A program made the translations under genes and the position numbers. The notes below the pieces were generated by a model, which was not told the DNA's origin, searched no databases, and saw only the letters and a list, made by a program, of their open reading frames with translations. A stretch of DNA of 52,189 bases from an uncultured Lachnospiraceae bacterium (GTDB taxonomy: Bacteria > Bacillota > Clostridia > Lachnospirales > Lachnospiraceae), in NCBI GenBank assembly GCA_937872845.1, contig CALMUC010000254.1, positions 1-52,189 of the forward strand, in the 5' to 3' direction. How positions within the stretch are numbered: position 1 is the stretch's first letter; each line of letters opens with the position of its first letter. Below, in pieces: positions 19,096 through 29,395 of this stretch.

Positions 19096-19785
19096 TTAAT
19101 CAGCAAAATAATATCCGACACCCCATTTTGTATGAATGTACTCAGGATCCGCCGACCGTGTTTCTATCTTTTCACGAAGTCTCCTTACATGTACATCAAC
19201 CGTTCTTGCATCCCCGGGATATGATACTCCCCATATTTCCTTAAGAAGTTCCTCTCTCGAATAAACTCTGTTAGGATTTGATACAAGGAGAAACACAAGA
19301 TCAAATTCTTTTGCAGTAAGATTAACTTCATGTCCTTTTACAAAAACCCTCCGCGAATCTGTTTCTATTTTCAATTCTTTCTTTTCAATAACATTAGAGT
19401 TTTCAAGCAGAACAGAATCATTTTTAGAGTTTCTACGCAATATTGCCTTGATTCTGGCCTTAACCTCCAGAATATTAAAAGGTTTCGTTATATAGTCATC
19501 GGCGCCATACTCAAGTCCCATAATTTTGTCCATATCCTCACCTTTAGCTGTGAGCATGATTATAGGAACATCTGAAAAATCGCGCACCATCTGGCACACC
19601 TCAAGTCCTGATATTTTTGGAAGCATAATATCCAAAAGCACCATATCATATGAACCGGCGCGTATCTTGTTCAGCGCTTCCTCACCATCAAATGCTGTAT
19701 CAACCTCCATATCATCTTGTTCCAGACTGAATTTCAATCCTTTTACAATCAGTTTTTCATCATCTACTACCAGAACGCGTCTCAT
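19096..19785 (-). CDS. OmpR-family response regulator (YycF/WalR-like)
   Basis: VVDDE, LLDIMLP, GADDYITKPF and RTVDVHVRRLREKIE motifs. Confidence 0.9.
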   Translation of the reverse strand: MRRVLVVDDEKLIVKGLKFSLEQDDMEVDTAFDGEEALNKIRAGSYDMVLLDIMLPKISGLEVCQMVRDFSDVPIIMLTAKGEDMDKIMGLEYGADDYITKPFNILEVKARIKAILRRNSKNDSVLLENSNVIEKKELKIETDSRRVFVKGHEVNLTAKEFDLVFLLVSNPNRVYSREELLKEIWGVSYPGDARTVDVHVRRLREKIETRSADPEYIHTKWGVGYYFAD

Positions 19786-19883
19786 GATTTCTCTCCTTTA
19801 TCTTCCACGTCTTTGCATAAAATCAAATACGAGCCTTCCAATTACCTGCAGGAGCGTGGTACAGTCATCCTATTTCAATACAG

Positions 19884-20747
19884 TCATTTTACAGTTATCA
19901 AACTTTTTATTTTACTATAAACTGCCTCTTTTATGCCGCTTATCTGCATTAATTCATCTGTAGAATTAAACTCCCCGTGTTCCTGTCTATAAGCCATAAT
20001 ATCTGCAGCTTTCGAACTGCCTATGCCTGGAAGTGTCATAAGTTCATCCTCTGTTGCTGTATTAATGTTAACTTTACTATTCTCACTGTCAGGTGAGAAA
20101 CTTTTTTCGCCATCACGATTCCCGTCATTACTATTTTCACCAATGTTTTTTTCATTTATATCTGCCATTCTGTTTTTACTCAATTGCAGATTTTTATTCA
20201 CTTTTCCTGTTTCAACTTCATCCTGCGTCGGGAAATAAATTTCTTCCCCATCAATAACCATTTCAGCAAGATTGATATATTCTTCAGACGCTTTATCTGT
20301 CCATCCTCCTGCCGCATTCAATGCATCATCAACTCTGTCATCAAAAGAAAGCTTATAAACTCCAGGTTTTTTCACAGCTCCACACACATATACATAGGCA
20401 TACCGAGGTGATACGGCAGTTTCAGTAACACCGGCAGTTTTTTTCTCTGCATCCTGTACATTCCCACTATCCGTATTTTTATTTTCAATGCTTCCACTTT
20501 CAATATTTTCGCTGTCAGTATTTATACTTTCTGTGCTTTCACCTCCGGCATTTTTGCTGTCAGTATTTTTACTTTCAGCACTTTTGCTTCCGATATTTTT
20601 CTCCGATGCATAATTTTGTGTTTTATTGTCTGTACTGCTGCTTACTGAAATAACCTTGAATGCATCTTTTTTATCACAGCCTGATAAAACCATAAATCCA
20701 ATCAGAAATGTGGCAAGCATCATACATATCTTAATTATCTTATTCAA
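19884..20747 (-). CDS. comEA: Competence DNA-binding protein ComEA (SLBB plus HhH domains), predicted lipoprotein
   Basis: VYVCGAVKKPGVY, INLA, KVNINTA, LPGIG..KA and ISGIK motifs; LSGC lipobox; TTG start. Confidence 0.88.
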   Translation of the reverse strand: MNKIIKICMMLATFLIGFMVLSGCDKKDAFKVISVSSSTDNKTQNYASEKNIGSKSAESKNTDSKNAGGESTESINTDSENIESGSIENKNTDSGNVQDAEKKTAGVTETAVSPRYAYVYVCGAVKKPGVYKLSFDDRVDDALNAAGGWTDKASEEYINLAEMVIDGEEIYFPTQDEVETGKVNKNLQLSKNRMADINEKNIGENSNDGNRDGEKSFSPDSENSKVNINTATEDELMTLPGIGSSKAADIMAYRQEHGEFNSTDELMQISGIKEAVYSKIKSLITVK

Positions 20748-20904
20748 TCCAAGATCCTTTCTAATGAATCCGGCTGAATTTCCCCACAGATGAATTTATT
20801 GTAAACAATTCTGACTTAATATTCAATCAACATAAATTCATAAAACTTAAAATACTTAAAAATTTACCCAGATTTTACATTTATATGCTTGTAATATATA
20901 AATA

Positions 20905-20971
20905 AAAACGGCAGTTTCCATAGCTGCATCTCAGAATTTCCGAATACGCAACAATAGAAACTGCCGTTTTT
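20905..20971 (-). terminator. Long-loop terminator after argB
   Basis: aaaacggcagtttc...gaaactgccgtttt inverted repeat with T tails. Confidence 0.6.
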
Positions 20972-20978
20972 ATGTGTT

Positions 20979-21872
20979 TTAATCAAAAAGTTTATCTTTT
21001 TGAATTGCGGTTCCTATACCCTTTTCAGTATAGAACTCAAGAAGAAGGCAATGTGAAAGTCTGCCATCTAGAATATGAACCCGTGATACTCCATTTTTCA
21101 TCGCATCTATACAATTTTGCAGTTTTGGCAGCATACCGCCGCCTACAACTCCATTATCAATAAGTCCCTGTGCCTCATCAATTGTCATTTCTGATATCAA
21201 TGTTTTCTTGTCTTCCGGATCTGTAAAAACACCTTCTATATCTGTAAGGAATACAAGTTTCTCTGCCTGAAGACTTGTTGCTACTGCACATGCGCAATCA
21301 TCCGCATTAATATTATAGTCATGATCATCATCCTCTCCCATTCCTATAGGACATATAACAGGTATAAAATCATTATCTATCAATGTGTTCAGTATTGAAT
21401 TATCTGTTTTTGTCACCTGACCGACATATCCTATATCCTTGCCATCTGCCGTTTTTCTTCTGCACTTAAGAAATCCCGCATCTTTTCCACTGATTCCTAC
21501 TGCATTAAGTCCAACCTTAGACATCATTCCAACAAGGCTTTTATTCACTTTATTAAGAACCATTTCTGCAACTTCCAGAGTTGGCTCATCCGTTACTCTG
21601 AGACCATTTTCAAAATGAGACTCCATGTCCAGTTTATTTACCCACTTACTGATTTCCTTACCGCCGCCATGCACTATTACAGGTTTAAATCCTACCAGTT
21701 TCAGCATTGCAACATCCTGTATTACGTTAAACTTCAATTTCTCATCTAGCATAGCTGAACCACCATATTTAACAACAATAGTTTTCCCATTAAATTTCTT
21801 TATATATGGAAGTGCCTCTATAAGTGTTGTTGCTTTTTGTAAAATCACATCCATATCATCATTTTGTATCAT
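20979..21872 (-). CDS. argB: Acetylglutamate kinase
   Basis: EALPYI, VKYGG, VHGGG, GLRVTD, NINAD and GGMLPK motifs. Confidence 0.95.
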   Translation of the reverse strand: MIQNDDMDVILQKATTLIEALPYIKKFNGKTIVVKYGGSAMLDEKLKFNVIQDVAMLKLVGFKPVIVHGGGKEISKWVNKLDMESHFENGLRVTDEPTLEVAEMVLNKVNKSLVGMMSKVGLNAVGISGKDAGFLKCRRKTADGKDIGYVGQVTKTDNSILNTLIDNDFIPVICPIGMGEDDDHDYNINADDCACAVATSLQAEKLVFLTDIEGVFTDPEDKKTLISEMTIDEAQGLIDNGVVGGGMLPKLQNCIDAMKNGVSRVHILDGRLSHCLLLEFYTEKGIGTAIQKDKLFD

Positions 21873-21990
21873 TTACATTCCCTCTTTTTCTTATATTTTA
21901 GAAATTTTTATATTAATTTATTTTATATTAATTTATTTTTTGATTTTAATTATATAAACCTACTTTATGCTGATTTAATTTTTTATTAAT

Positions 21991-22006
21991 ATGCATTTTT
22001 ATTCGC
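21991..22006. promoter_or_regulatory. Putative ARG box upstream of argB
   Basis: TGCAT-TTTT-ATTCG resembles the ArgR/AhrC consensus TGNAT-N4-ATNCA. Confidence 0.4.
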
Positions 22007-22022
22007 CGTGCATTTTTTGATG

Positions 22023-23288
22023 TTATGATCTGTAATCAGCATTTATTTTAACATAGTCATATGTAAGATCGCACCCCCATGCCACTGCTTCAAAGTTTCC
22101 ATCTTTAACATCACATACAGCTGTAATTTCATCCGGAGAAAGTATTTCAAGCGCTTTTTCTTCTGAAAATTCCATTACAGCTCCATTTTCTACAAGCTTA
22201 ATGGAACCATTTACGCTCTCAATCCAGATATCCGTCTTTTCAGGTTTAAAATCTGCTCCCGAATATCCCATTGCGCAAAACAGTCTTCCACAATTTGCAT
22301 CTTTCCCAAATATGGCAGCTTTGGAAAGATTTGAGGTGATAATTGACTTTGCCAGAATTTTGGCCGTCTCATAATCTTTTGCCCCTTTTACATTTGCTGT
22401 AAACAATCTGGTTGCTCCTTCACCGTCTTTCGCTATGTTCTTTGCAAGATACTCAGCCACAACAGTAAGTGCTTCTTTAAATATTTCATAATCCTCATTT
22501 TCTTCTGTTATTTTGACATTTCCTGCCATTCCATTACACATGAGGATTACCGTATCATTTGTTGATGTATCACCATCTACAGATACCATGTTAAATGTTT
22601 TATCCACCACACTGCGAAGTGCTTTTAAAGCTATATCATGCTCTATTGCAACATCACTCATCAAAAATCCAAGCATTGTTCCCATATTCGGATGTATCAT
22701 TCCTGAGCCTTTACACATAGCTCCAATTATGCATGTCTTTTTACCAATTGTAAATTCAACTGCTATTTCCTTTGAATGTGTGTCTGTTGTAAGTATTGCA
22801 TTTGCCGCCTTATGAGCTGATTCACTATCTTTTTTCAGATTTTTTGCAAGCTCAGCAGCTCCATTTTCCAGTTTTTCAACAGGAAGCTGCATGCCTATTA
22901 CACCTGTTGATGCTGTAAGTATACGCTCAGGCAAAATTCCCAGAGCCTTACCAGCTGCTGCTGCTGTTTTTTCACATGCTTCAAGTCCTGTCTTACCTGT
23001 TGCGGCATTTGCTATTCCTGTATTTATAACAACTGCCTCTGCTATACCTTTTTCGTTCATAATCTTACTATCTCGTTCTACCGGAGCAGCCTTAACAAGA
23101 TTTCTTGTAAATGTACCAACATATGTTGCGGCTTTTTCACTAACAATCATTGCCATATCAGATTTAGATGCTGATGGCTTGATTCCTGCTCTCAAACTAT
23201 TTACACTGTATCCTCTTGCTGAGACTACATTGCCATCCGGAATTATTTTTACATTAAATGTTCCTGCTGCTTTTGTTCTTTCTGTCAT
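22023..23288 (-). CDS. argJ: Glutamate N-acetyltransferase / ornithine acetyltransferase
   Basis: STGVIG, TTDT, KGSGMIHPNMGTML, DGDTSTND, DGEGAT and WGCDLTYDYVKINADYRS motifs. Confidence 0.95.
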   Translation of the reverse strand: MTERTKAAGTFNVKIIPDGNVVSARGYSVNSLRAGIKPSASKSDMAMIVSEKAATYVGTFTRNLVKAAPVERDSKIMNEKGIAEAVVINTGIANAATGKTGLEACEKTAAAAGKALGILPERILTASTGVIGMQLPVEKLENGAAELAKNLKKDSESAHKAANAILTTDTHSKEIAVEFTIGKKTCIIGAMCKGSGMIHPNMGTMLGFLMSDVAIEHDIALKALRSVVDKTFNMVSVDGDTSTNDTVILMCNGMAGNVKITEENEDYEIFKEALTVVAEYLAKNIAKDGEGATRLFTANVKGAKDYETAKILAKSIITSNLSKAAIFGKDANCGRLFCAMGYSGADFKPEKTDIWIESVNGSIKLVENGAVMEFSEEKALEILSPDEITAVCDVKDGNFEAVAWGCDLTYDYVKINADYRS

Positions 23289-23393
23289 ACTTTCTGCCTT
23301 TCCTTGTCTTTACGTATTGCTTTGCTGCCTTACGCAGCACTATTAACATCTTATCTATTTTTATTGTTTACTGTCATAGTTATAAGCTACCAT

Positions 23394-23470
23394 TGTATAT
23401 TATGCAAGCTTTTTTTCATGTTTTTGCATTTTGTATGTATATTTGTCGTATATTATGCATTATTTATTAA
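23394..23470. promoter_or_regulatory. Degenerate ARG-box-like array in the divergent argJ/argG intergenic region
   Basis: T(G/T)(C/T)AT half-sites at 23394, 23415, 23436 and 23456 (about 21-bp period). The region is AT-rich, so chance matches are possible. Confidence 0.35.
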
Positions 23471-23609
23471 TTTTTTGTATTTTTTACTCGTGTTTCCACT
23501 TGAACCGTTCTTTCTTTTATACTATGATAATATAGTCAAAATTGATTGCAGCTTTTCATTATTATGCATTTGATTTAAATATCATTATTATTCACAGGAG
23601 GAATATTTT

Positions 23610-24848
23610 ATGGCTAACGAAAAAGTTGTCCTCGCATATTCAGGCGGTTTGGACACAACTTGTATTATCCCATGGCTCAAGGAAAATTACGGGTACGATG
23701 TCATTTGTGCCTGCATCAATGTGGGTCAGGGAAAGGAACTCGACGGTCTCGAAGAACGTGCGAAATATTCTGGCGCTTCTAAGCTTTATATTGAAGACGT
23801 AATTGATGATTTTGCCGAAAACTACATTATGCCTACAGTTAAGGCTGATGCAGTTTATGAGCATAAGTATCTCCTTGGTACTTCATTTGCACGTCCTGTA
23901 ATTTCCAAGAAGCTTGTTGAAATTGCCAGAAAAGAAGGTGCAGTTGCCATCTGCCATGGTGCAACAGGAAAGGGCAACGATCAGCTGAGATTTGAACTTT
24001 CAATTAAGGCTCTTGCTCCTGACATCAAGATTATTGCTTGTTGGAGAGACCCTAAATGGACTCTTCAATCTCGTGAAGATGAAATTGATTACTGCCATTC
24101 AAAAGGCATTGATCTTCCTTTCGATATGAAGCACAGCTACAGCCGTGACCGCAACCTGTGGCACATCAGCCATGAAGGCCTTGAACTTGAAGATCCGTCA
24201 AATGAACCAAACTATCATGATCTTCTGGTTCTTACTACCCCTCCAGATGAGGCGCCTGATAAGCCAACGGAAATTGAAATTGAATTTGAAAAAGGAAATC
24301 CTGTTGCTCTTAATAAAAAGCGCATGAAAGTTGCCGATATCATCACATCTCTTAATGAAATAGGCGGAAAAAATGCCATAGGCATCATTGATATTGTTGA
24401 AAACCGTGTAGTTGGTATGAAGAGCCGTGGTGTATATGAAACTCCTGGCGGAACTATACTTCTTGAAGCTCATGAAGCCCTTGAAGAACTTTGCCTCGAC
24501 AGAGAAACTCTTGATTTTCAACGTTATGTCGGCGTTCGTTTTGCAAATCTTGTATATGAAGGAAAATGGTTCTGTCCTCTCAGAGAAGCCCTGCAGGCTT
24601 TTGTTGAAAAGACAAATGAGCGTGTAACCGGAACTGTAAAGTTAAAGCTCTACAAAGGAAATATTACAAAAGCTGGAACCTCATCACCTTATTCCCTTTA
24701 TTCTCAGTCTCTTGCAAGTTTCACAACCGGTGAACTCTATGACCATAAAGATGCATCAGGTTTTATAACTTTATTTGGTCTGCCTATGAAAGTTCGTGCA
24801 ATGCTCGATCAGGAACGTGAAACTAACGAAAACAAAAAAGAACAATAA
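23610..24848 (+). CDS. argG: Argininosuccinate synthase
   Basis: [28 protein letters not shown] and [15 protein letters not shown] motifs. Confidence 0.96.
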   Translation: MANEKVVLAYSGGLDTTCIIPWLKENYGYDVICACINVGQGKELDGLEERAKYSGASKLYIEDVIDDFAENYIMPTVKADAVYEHKYLLGTSFARPVISKKLVEIARKEGAVAICHGATGKGNDQLRFELSIKALAPDIKIIACWRDPKWTLQSREDEIDYCHSKGIDLPFDMKHSYSRDRNLWHISHEGLELEDPSNEPNYHDLLVLTTPPDEAPDKPTEIEIEFEKGNPVALNKKRMKVADIITSLNEIGGKNAIGIIDIVENRVVGMKSRGVYETPGGTILLEAHEALEELCLDRETLDFQRYVGVRFANLVYEGKWFCPLREALQAFVEKTNERVTGTVKLKLYKGNITKAGTSSPYSLYSQSLASFTTGELYDHKDASGFITLFGLPMKVRAMLDQERETNENKKEQ

Positions 24849-24865
24849 TATTTTTATACCAAAAA

Positions 24866-24933
24866 ACATGATGCATCTCCATATGCATCATGTTAAAAAA
24901 AACGCTCAGAATTTATAAAATTCTGAGCGTTTT
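24866..24933. terminator. Two adjacent hairpins terminating convergent argG and the hydrolase gene
   Basis: acatgatgcat...atgcatcatgt and aaaacgctcagaattt...aaattctgagcgtttt. Confidence 0.7.
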
Positions 24934-24988
24934 CTTATATACTGATATTTTTCATGAAAAAGTTTTTACATTATAAAATTGTTAAATA

Positions 24989-26407
24989 TCAAAAGAATAT
25001 CTGATCTCCAATCTGTACTCCGCTGTAAGAACCATACCATGTAGGGCGGAATGACATAAGCCCAGGAACATTATTATTTCCGCTTAATGCTTCTCTCACT
25101 GCCTGAAGAGATGTTGGATTAGGATTGCTTATAGATGACTGAAAATATGGTGAATAAATACCATCAAACTGATTTGGTGAATATATGACATCCGAAATTG
25201 TACTTCCATATTTTCCGGATTTGAGACGATTAATTACTATATTAGCTACTGCAAGCTGCCCGGCATATGGCTGATTTCCACTTTCAGCATACACAAGTGC
25301 TGCCAAAAGATTTTCATCACTTGTTGAAGCTGATGCATTTGAAGATACATCTGATGCATTTGTATCTGGTGTATCTGATGACTTTGGAACCGATATTACA
25401 GCATGACCTGATGTCTTTGATGTTGAAAATGCCGTATTTTTATTTACCTGCTGATTTGAATTTTTCTCACTGACACCTTCTGCATATTCAGCCTTCTTGT
25501 CAGAAAAATCATCTATATCACTCATAGATACAGCGGTCTTAAATCCATCTTCCATTTTTAGATACTCAGATGATACAAATGCTGTTGTTCCATCTGGAAG
25601 TTCAATTTTCGAATATTCACCATCTGAAGAAGCTTTTGTATCTGTACTTGTCTCATCTTCCAAATCATCTGACACCGAAGAATTGTCATTTTCAATTTTT
25701 TTATCCTTTACAACAGGAAATTCATCACCGTTATCAGCCAAATAAATAATGTCTGACGCTTTATCAGCTTCTTTCCTCACTGCAACCGAGTCTGCATCAA
25801 CTGTTGCAATTGAAGTCTCTGAATCTTCCGCAATTGCTGTTGCCTTTTCATCTGTTGCAAGAAATTCGCTCTTGACATAGCCTTTAACAGTTCCCGAAGA
25901 AATTTCAGTCCAATCTCCATCTGTACCAAGTACCTTGCCTGTTGCCCCCATAGGAAGAACTCCTACCGGTTCAGCATCTGTACCTGCACTTTCACGGATA
26001 TTAACGCCATAACCTATTGCAATAAACTTACCTGTCATATCATATTTTGATGATGTGAGAGAACTGATTTTATTCTTCTCAAGCTCAACATCTTCATCTG
26101 CATCTGTCTCAGATTCTTTAGTTGAAATACTGCTTACATTCACAAATGAATTTTCATATAAACTGCTATTCGAACCTGCTTCTTCAGCCTTTGCTTCTAC
26201 CTTTGCCTCTACTGCCTTTTCAACTGCAGCCTGCTTCACAGCTGAGAACTTCTCGCCGAGAACATTTGCAGAAACAGCAGAAGTTCCTATAACGGAAACA
26301 ATACCAACCACTGCAACAGTATTCCTGACAATAAACCTTGAACTGAAAATATACTTTCTACTGAATATTCTGATTTTTTCAAGTTTTAATTCTAATCTGC
26401 GGTTCAT
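24989..26407 (-). CDS. SH3-domain cell-wall hydrolase with a C-terminal SleB/Hydrolase_2 domain
   Basis: Two SH3b-like segments (VNIR...W..I...GYV); LLAALVYAESGNQP..GQLAVANIVINR...VIY.PNQF. Confidence 0.85.
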   Translation of the reverse strand: MNRRLELKLEKIRIFSRKYIFSSRFIVRNTVAVVGIVSVIGTSAVSANVLGEKFSAVKQAAVEKAVEAKVEAKAEEAGSNSSLYENSFVNVSSISTKESETDADEDVELEKNKISSLTSSKYDMTGKFIAIGYGVNIRESAGTDAEPVGVLPMGATGKVLGTDGDWTEISSGTVKGYVKSEFLATDEKATAIAEDSETSIATVDADSVAVRKEADKASDIIYLADNGDEFPVVKDKKIENDNSSVSDDLEDETSTDTKASSDGEYSKIELPDGTTAFVSSEYLKMEDGFKTAVSMSDIDDFSDKKAEYAEGVSEKNSNQQVNKNTAFSTSKTSGHAVISVPKSSDTPDTNASDVSSNASASTSDENLLAALVYAESGNQPYAGQLAVANIVINRLKSGKYGSTISDVIYSPNQFDGIYSPYFQSSISNPNPTSLQAVREALSGNNNVPGLMSFRPTWYGSYSGVQIGDQIFF

Positions 26408-26445
26408 AAAAATTCCTTTCCTGATATTCTGAAACTATATTTATA

Positions 26446-26536
26446 GTTACAATTTTGTGTGAAATGTTTCAAAATATTTGGGTTTGTTACAATTTTGTTA
26501 CAAACGTAGGATAACACTTTGTAACATTTATGTCAA
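26446..26536 (-). promoter_or_regulatory. Promoter with WalR/YycF-like direct-repeat boxes
   Basis: TTGACA-17-TATCCT at 26536-26508; TGTAAC-AAAAT-TGTAAC at 26486-26502 (minus strand); further partial boxes at 26446 and 26520. Confidence 0.6.
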
Positions 26537-26592
26537 CAGTCTATCTTTTATATCAATAACGCAATTTTGATATTAAAAAATGCAAATCATAA

Positions 26593-26640
26593 AAAAAAGC
26601 AGGGTTTACGCACTTTTTCAATGGCATAACCTGCTTTTTT
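26593..26640 (-). terminator. Terminator after the DegV gene
   Basis: aaaaaagcagg...cctgctttttt inverted repeat. Confidence 0.6.
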
Positions 26641-26693
26641 GTGATATGTGAACAATTTTTTATTTAAAATTTCTATAAATTTTTTCTATTTTT

Positions 26694-27563
26694 TTACTTT
26701 TTCAAATATGCACATGCACACATACCTGGTCCTACATGTGTTCCTATTACTGGTCCTATTTCAAATATGTGATACTCCATGCCAAATCCATCTGATTTCA
26801 GCATTTCAACTATCTTCTCAGCTCTGGCTTGACAATCTGCATGTCCTATAAAGTAAACTGCATTTCCCTTCTGGTCTTTTGTATCAGCCTCAACATTTTT
26901 TACTATATAATCAAGTGCGTTCTTTATACCGCGCACCTTCGATATAACATTAAGTTTTCCTTCCTCATCAATGCTTAATATAGGCTTTATCTTTAATGCA
27001 GTTCCCACAAGTGCCTCAACAGCTGTGACCCTTCCACCTCTTTTTAAATGATAGAGGTCTTCAACCATAAACCAGTGACGGGCATTTTTACAATTTTCTT
27101 TTGCCCATTTTATTAATTCTTCGCAGCTGCAGCCTTCCTTTTGTTTTTTGCTGGCTTCATATACAATTGCCGCTTCTCCTACAGATGCTGCAGTTGTATC
27201 TATAACTTCCACATTTTTACCAGGAAATTCTTCCATTACATTTCGAGCTGCCATTACTGCACTTTGATATGACCCGCTAAGTCCGCTTGAAAAGCAGAAA
27301 TAAACTATGTCCTTATTTTTTTTTAAAATTTCACCAAAGTATTCCTCGTATGCTGTCGGATTAACTTGTGATGTGACCGGAAGTGCACCATTTTTCATCT
27401 TCTGATAAAAATCAGCTATCTTCATCTCACGCTGATCAGGATAGTTTTTATATGTAATGTCATTTATTGTAAATGGAAACGGAATTGTATAAATTTCCAT
27501 CTGCTGAACAATTTCACCGGTAAAATCACATGTACTATCCGCCATTATCACATAATCATTCAT
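26694..27563 (-). CDS. DegV family fatty-acid binding protein
   Basis: DSTCD, TSQ, SSGLSGSY, LKRGGR, KPIL and GPVIGTHVGPG motifs. Confidence 0.93.
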   Translation of the reverse strand: MNDYVIMADSTCDFTGEIVQQMEIYTIPFPFTINDITYKNYPDQREMKIADFYQKMKNGALPVTSQVNPTAYEEYFGEILKKNKDIVYFCFSSGLSGSYQSAVMAARNVMEEFPGKNVEVIDTTAASVGEAAIVYEASKKQKEGCSCEELIKWAKENCKNARHWFMVEDLYHLKRGGRVTAVEALVGTALKIKPILSIDEEGKLNVISKVRGIKNALDYIVKNVEADTKDQKGNAVYFIGHADCQARAEKIVEMLKSDGFGMEYHIFEIGPVIGTHVGPGMCACAYLKK

Positions 27564-28690
27564 CTGGCTGTTTCCTCCTCAAAATACTCATCAATCCCAT
27601 CTGCCGCCGCATCTGCCATTTTTTCTAAATACTTCTGGTCATTAAGATTTTTATCATCTTGTTCATTCGAAAGAAATCCTATATTTACAGAGACTGCTGG
27701 CATATCACAATAATTAAGGTTTGTCATAGTATCAGTTTCATAAATTCCAAGTCTCTCAGTTCCGAGCTCATCTGTCATATTTTTCAATATGTCATAACAC
27801 ACTTCATAATTTTTCTGATAATTGCCTGATGTGACCTGATTTTCAGAAGTTGTAATAAATCCTATAATCCCACTTGCAGAAGGATCACTGACACCTCCCG
27901 CGCTGAATCTCAGATAAAGTTCTGCAGATTCTTCATTTGCCATCTCGGCTCTTCTGGCGTTGCTTAAATTTGCATTTCCATTGGTTCTTGACATTATTAC
28001 AATATATCCGCGATGTTTAAGTTCATTTGCAAGCAACGTCATTGCATTCATAGTTACATCATATTCAAAAGTTCCGCTTGAAACACCTACAGATGCTGCT
28101 GTCATCTTGGGATTTGTATTTTCGGCATCAGTGCCTGATGAAACTTCTGTTTTATTCTGTTGGCCCTTGCCTGCCGGAAATATATCCTCTGTGGTTTCAT
28201 CTTCTGTAATCTGTTTTGCCGGATCAAGAAAAATCACATGACTTATTTTCTCAGCATCTGACTCTGTTGCCCATTTTACCGCTGTTTTCTCAACAAGGCT
28301 CGTCTCAACGTAGTAATAACTTTCATTTATTCTGACACGTGTCCATTTATCTTTTGTCCCTGTCTGCGGAAGCTGAACGCCCTTTTGCAATGTTATGAAT
28401 ACTTTTGCACTATCCTTCGGGCTTTTCATGATTTTCACATCATTCCGAATAGTTTTTACATACCCATCACAAGGCAGAAATCCATCTTTATCAAGTCCTT
28501 TTTCATAAGCATTTCCTTCCGATGCTTTTTGGACTGCCACTGCATCTGCATCAGATGGTGAAGATGTTTTCATAGTTGTACTGCCACTGCATCCTGATAA
28601 TGAAAACAAAAAACAGCATACCATAATCCCTATAAGCCATTTTAAAAAAATTTTTTTTCTTTCAATATTCATTTTATAATTCTGTTTCAT
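27560..28690 (-). CDS. SH3 plus Amidase_3-fold lipoprotein, probably catalytically degenerate
   Basis: LSGC lipobox, SH3-like segment, amidase-like IFLDP...E...SRT...R..AN...GFLSN..D. Start is uncertain (28672-28738). Confidence 0.75.
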   Translation of the reverse strand: MKQNYKMNIERKKIFLKWLIGIMVCCFLFSLSGCSGSTTMKTSSPSDADAVAVQKASEGNAYEKGLDKDGFLPCDGYVKTIRNDVKIMKSPKDSAKVFITLQKGVQLPQTGTKDKWTRVRINESYYYVETSLVEKTAVKWATESDAEKISHVIFLDPAKQITEDETTEDIFPAGKGQQNKTEVSSGTDAENTNPKMTAASVGVSSGTFEYDVTMNAMTLLANELKHRGYIVIMSRTNGNANLSNARRAEMANEESAELYLRFSAGGVSDPSASGIIGFITTSENQVTSGNYQKNYEVCYDILKNMTDELGTERLGIYETDTMTNLNYCDMPAVSVNIGFLSNEQDDKNLNDQKYLEKMADAAADGIDEYFEEETAR

Positions 28691-28794
28691 CCATTCTTTA
28701 ATTATATCTGTAATTAAAATCATGAGCTGGCATTCCAAAAACGTAAATCTTGTGCATTGCCGTTTACGTATTAATATTTATGTATTGCTATTCT

Positions 28795-29271
28795 CTATTT
28801 AAAAAGTGCCCTGAATGCGCCTATAACGCCAAAACTGCCAAGTCCCATAATCACTCCTGCAAGTACAACTCCGCCCATTACTGCTAAAACGCTTTTCTTA
28901 AAATCCAGATCAAGTATGCTGGCTGCAAGCGTTCCTGTCCAGGCTCCCGTTCCCGGGAGTGGAATTCCCACAAATATCATTAATGCAAAATAAAGACTGC
29001 GCCCTGTCTTTTCTGATAATTTTTTTCCACCTTTTTCTCCCTTGGCAAGGCACCATCTGCAGAATTTTCCGATACTCTTCTTATCAGCTCCCCACTTAAG
29101 GAGTTTTCTTGCAAACATAAAAATAAAAGGTACAGGCAGCATATTTCCGATAATAATCAATATATATGCAACTATCATGTTAAGATTTGCAGCAACTGCA
29201 ACTGGCACTGCACCTCTGAGTTCTATAACTGGTACCATAGAAAGAAAAAAAACAAGCAGATACTTCTTCAT
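28795..29271 (-). CDS. Small multidrug export-family membrane protein (COG2426-like)
   Basis: SMVPVIELRGAVP and FVGIPLPGTGAWTG motifs. Confidence 0.85.
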   Translation of the reverse strand: MKKYLLVFFLSMVPVIELRGAVPVAVAANLNMIVAYILIIIGNMLPVPFIFMFARKLLKWGADKKSIGKFCRWCLAKGEKGGKKLSEKTGRSLYFALMIFVGIPLPGTGAWTGTLAASILDLDFKKSVLAVMGGVVLAGVIMGLGSFGVIGAFRALFK

Positions 29272-29395
29272 TCAGTTCTCCTCTTAAATCCCGGATAATC
29301 CCAGATCAAAATCTTATTTTACACTTTTTTGTATAAAGCCTGTCCTTTTAAAATGCTTTGTCATATTATCATATGTTATGTGGTTTACAAAACCA

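Noticed and set aside
19786..19883. Possible small ORF between comEA and the response regulator
   Set aside because: The open stretch (..CTTLLQVIGRLVFDFMQRRGR*) has no convincing start with an RBS, and the ATG-initiated frames are under 10 codons.
21906..21935. Tandem 15-mer ttttatattaattta x2
   Set aside because: Pure A/T low-complexity intergenic slippage repeat with no functional cue.
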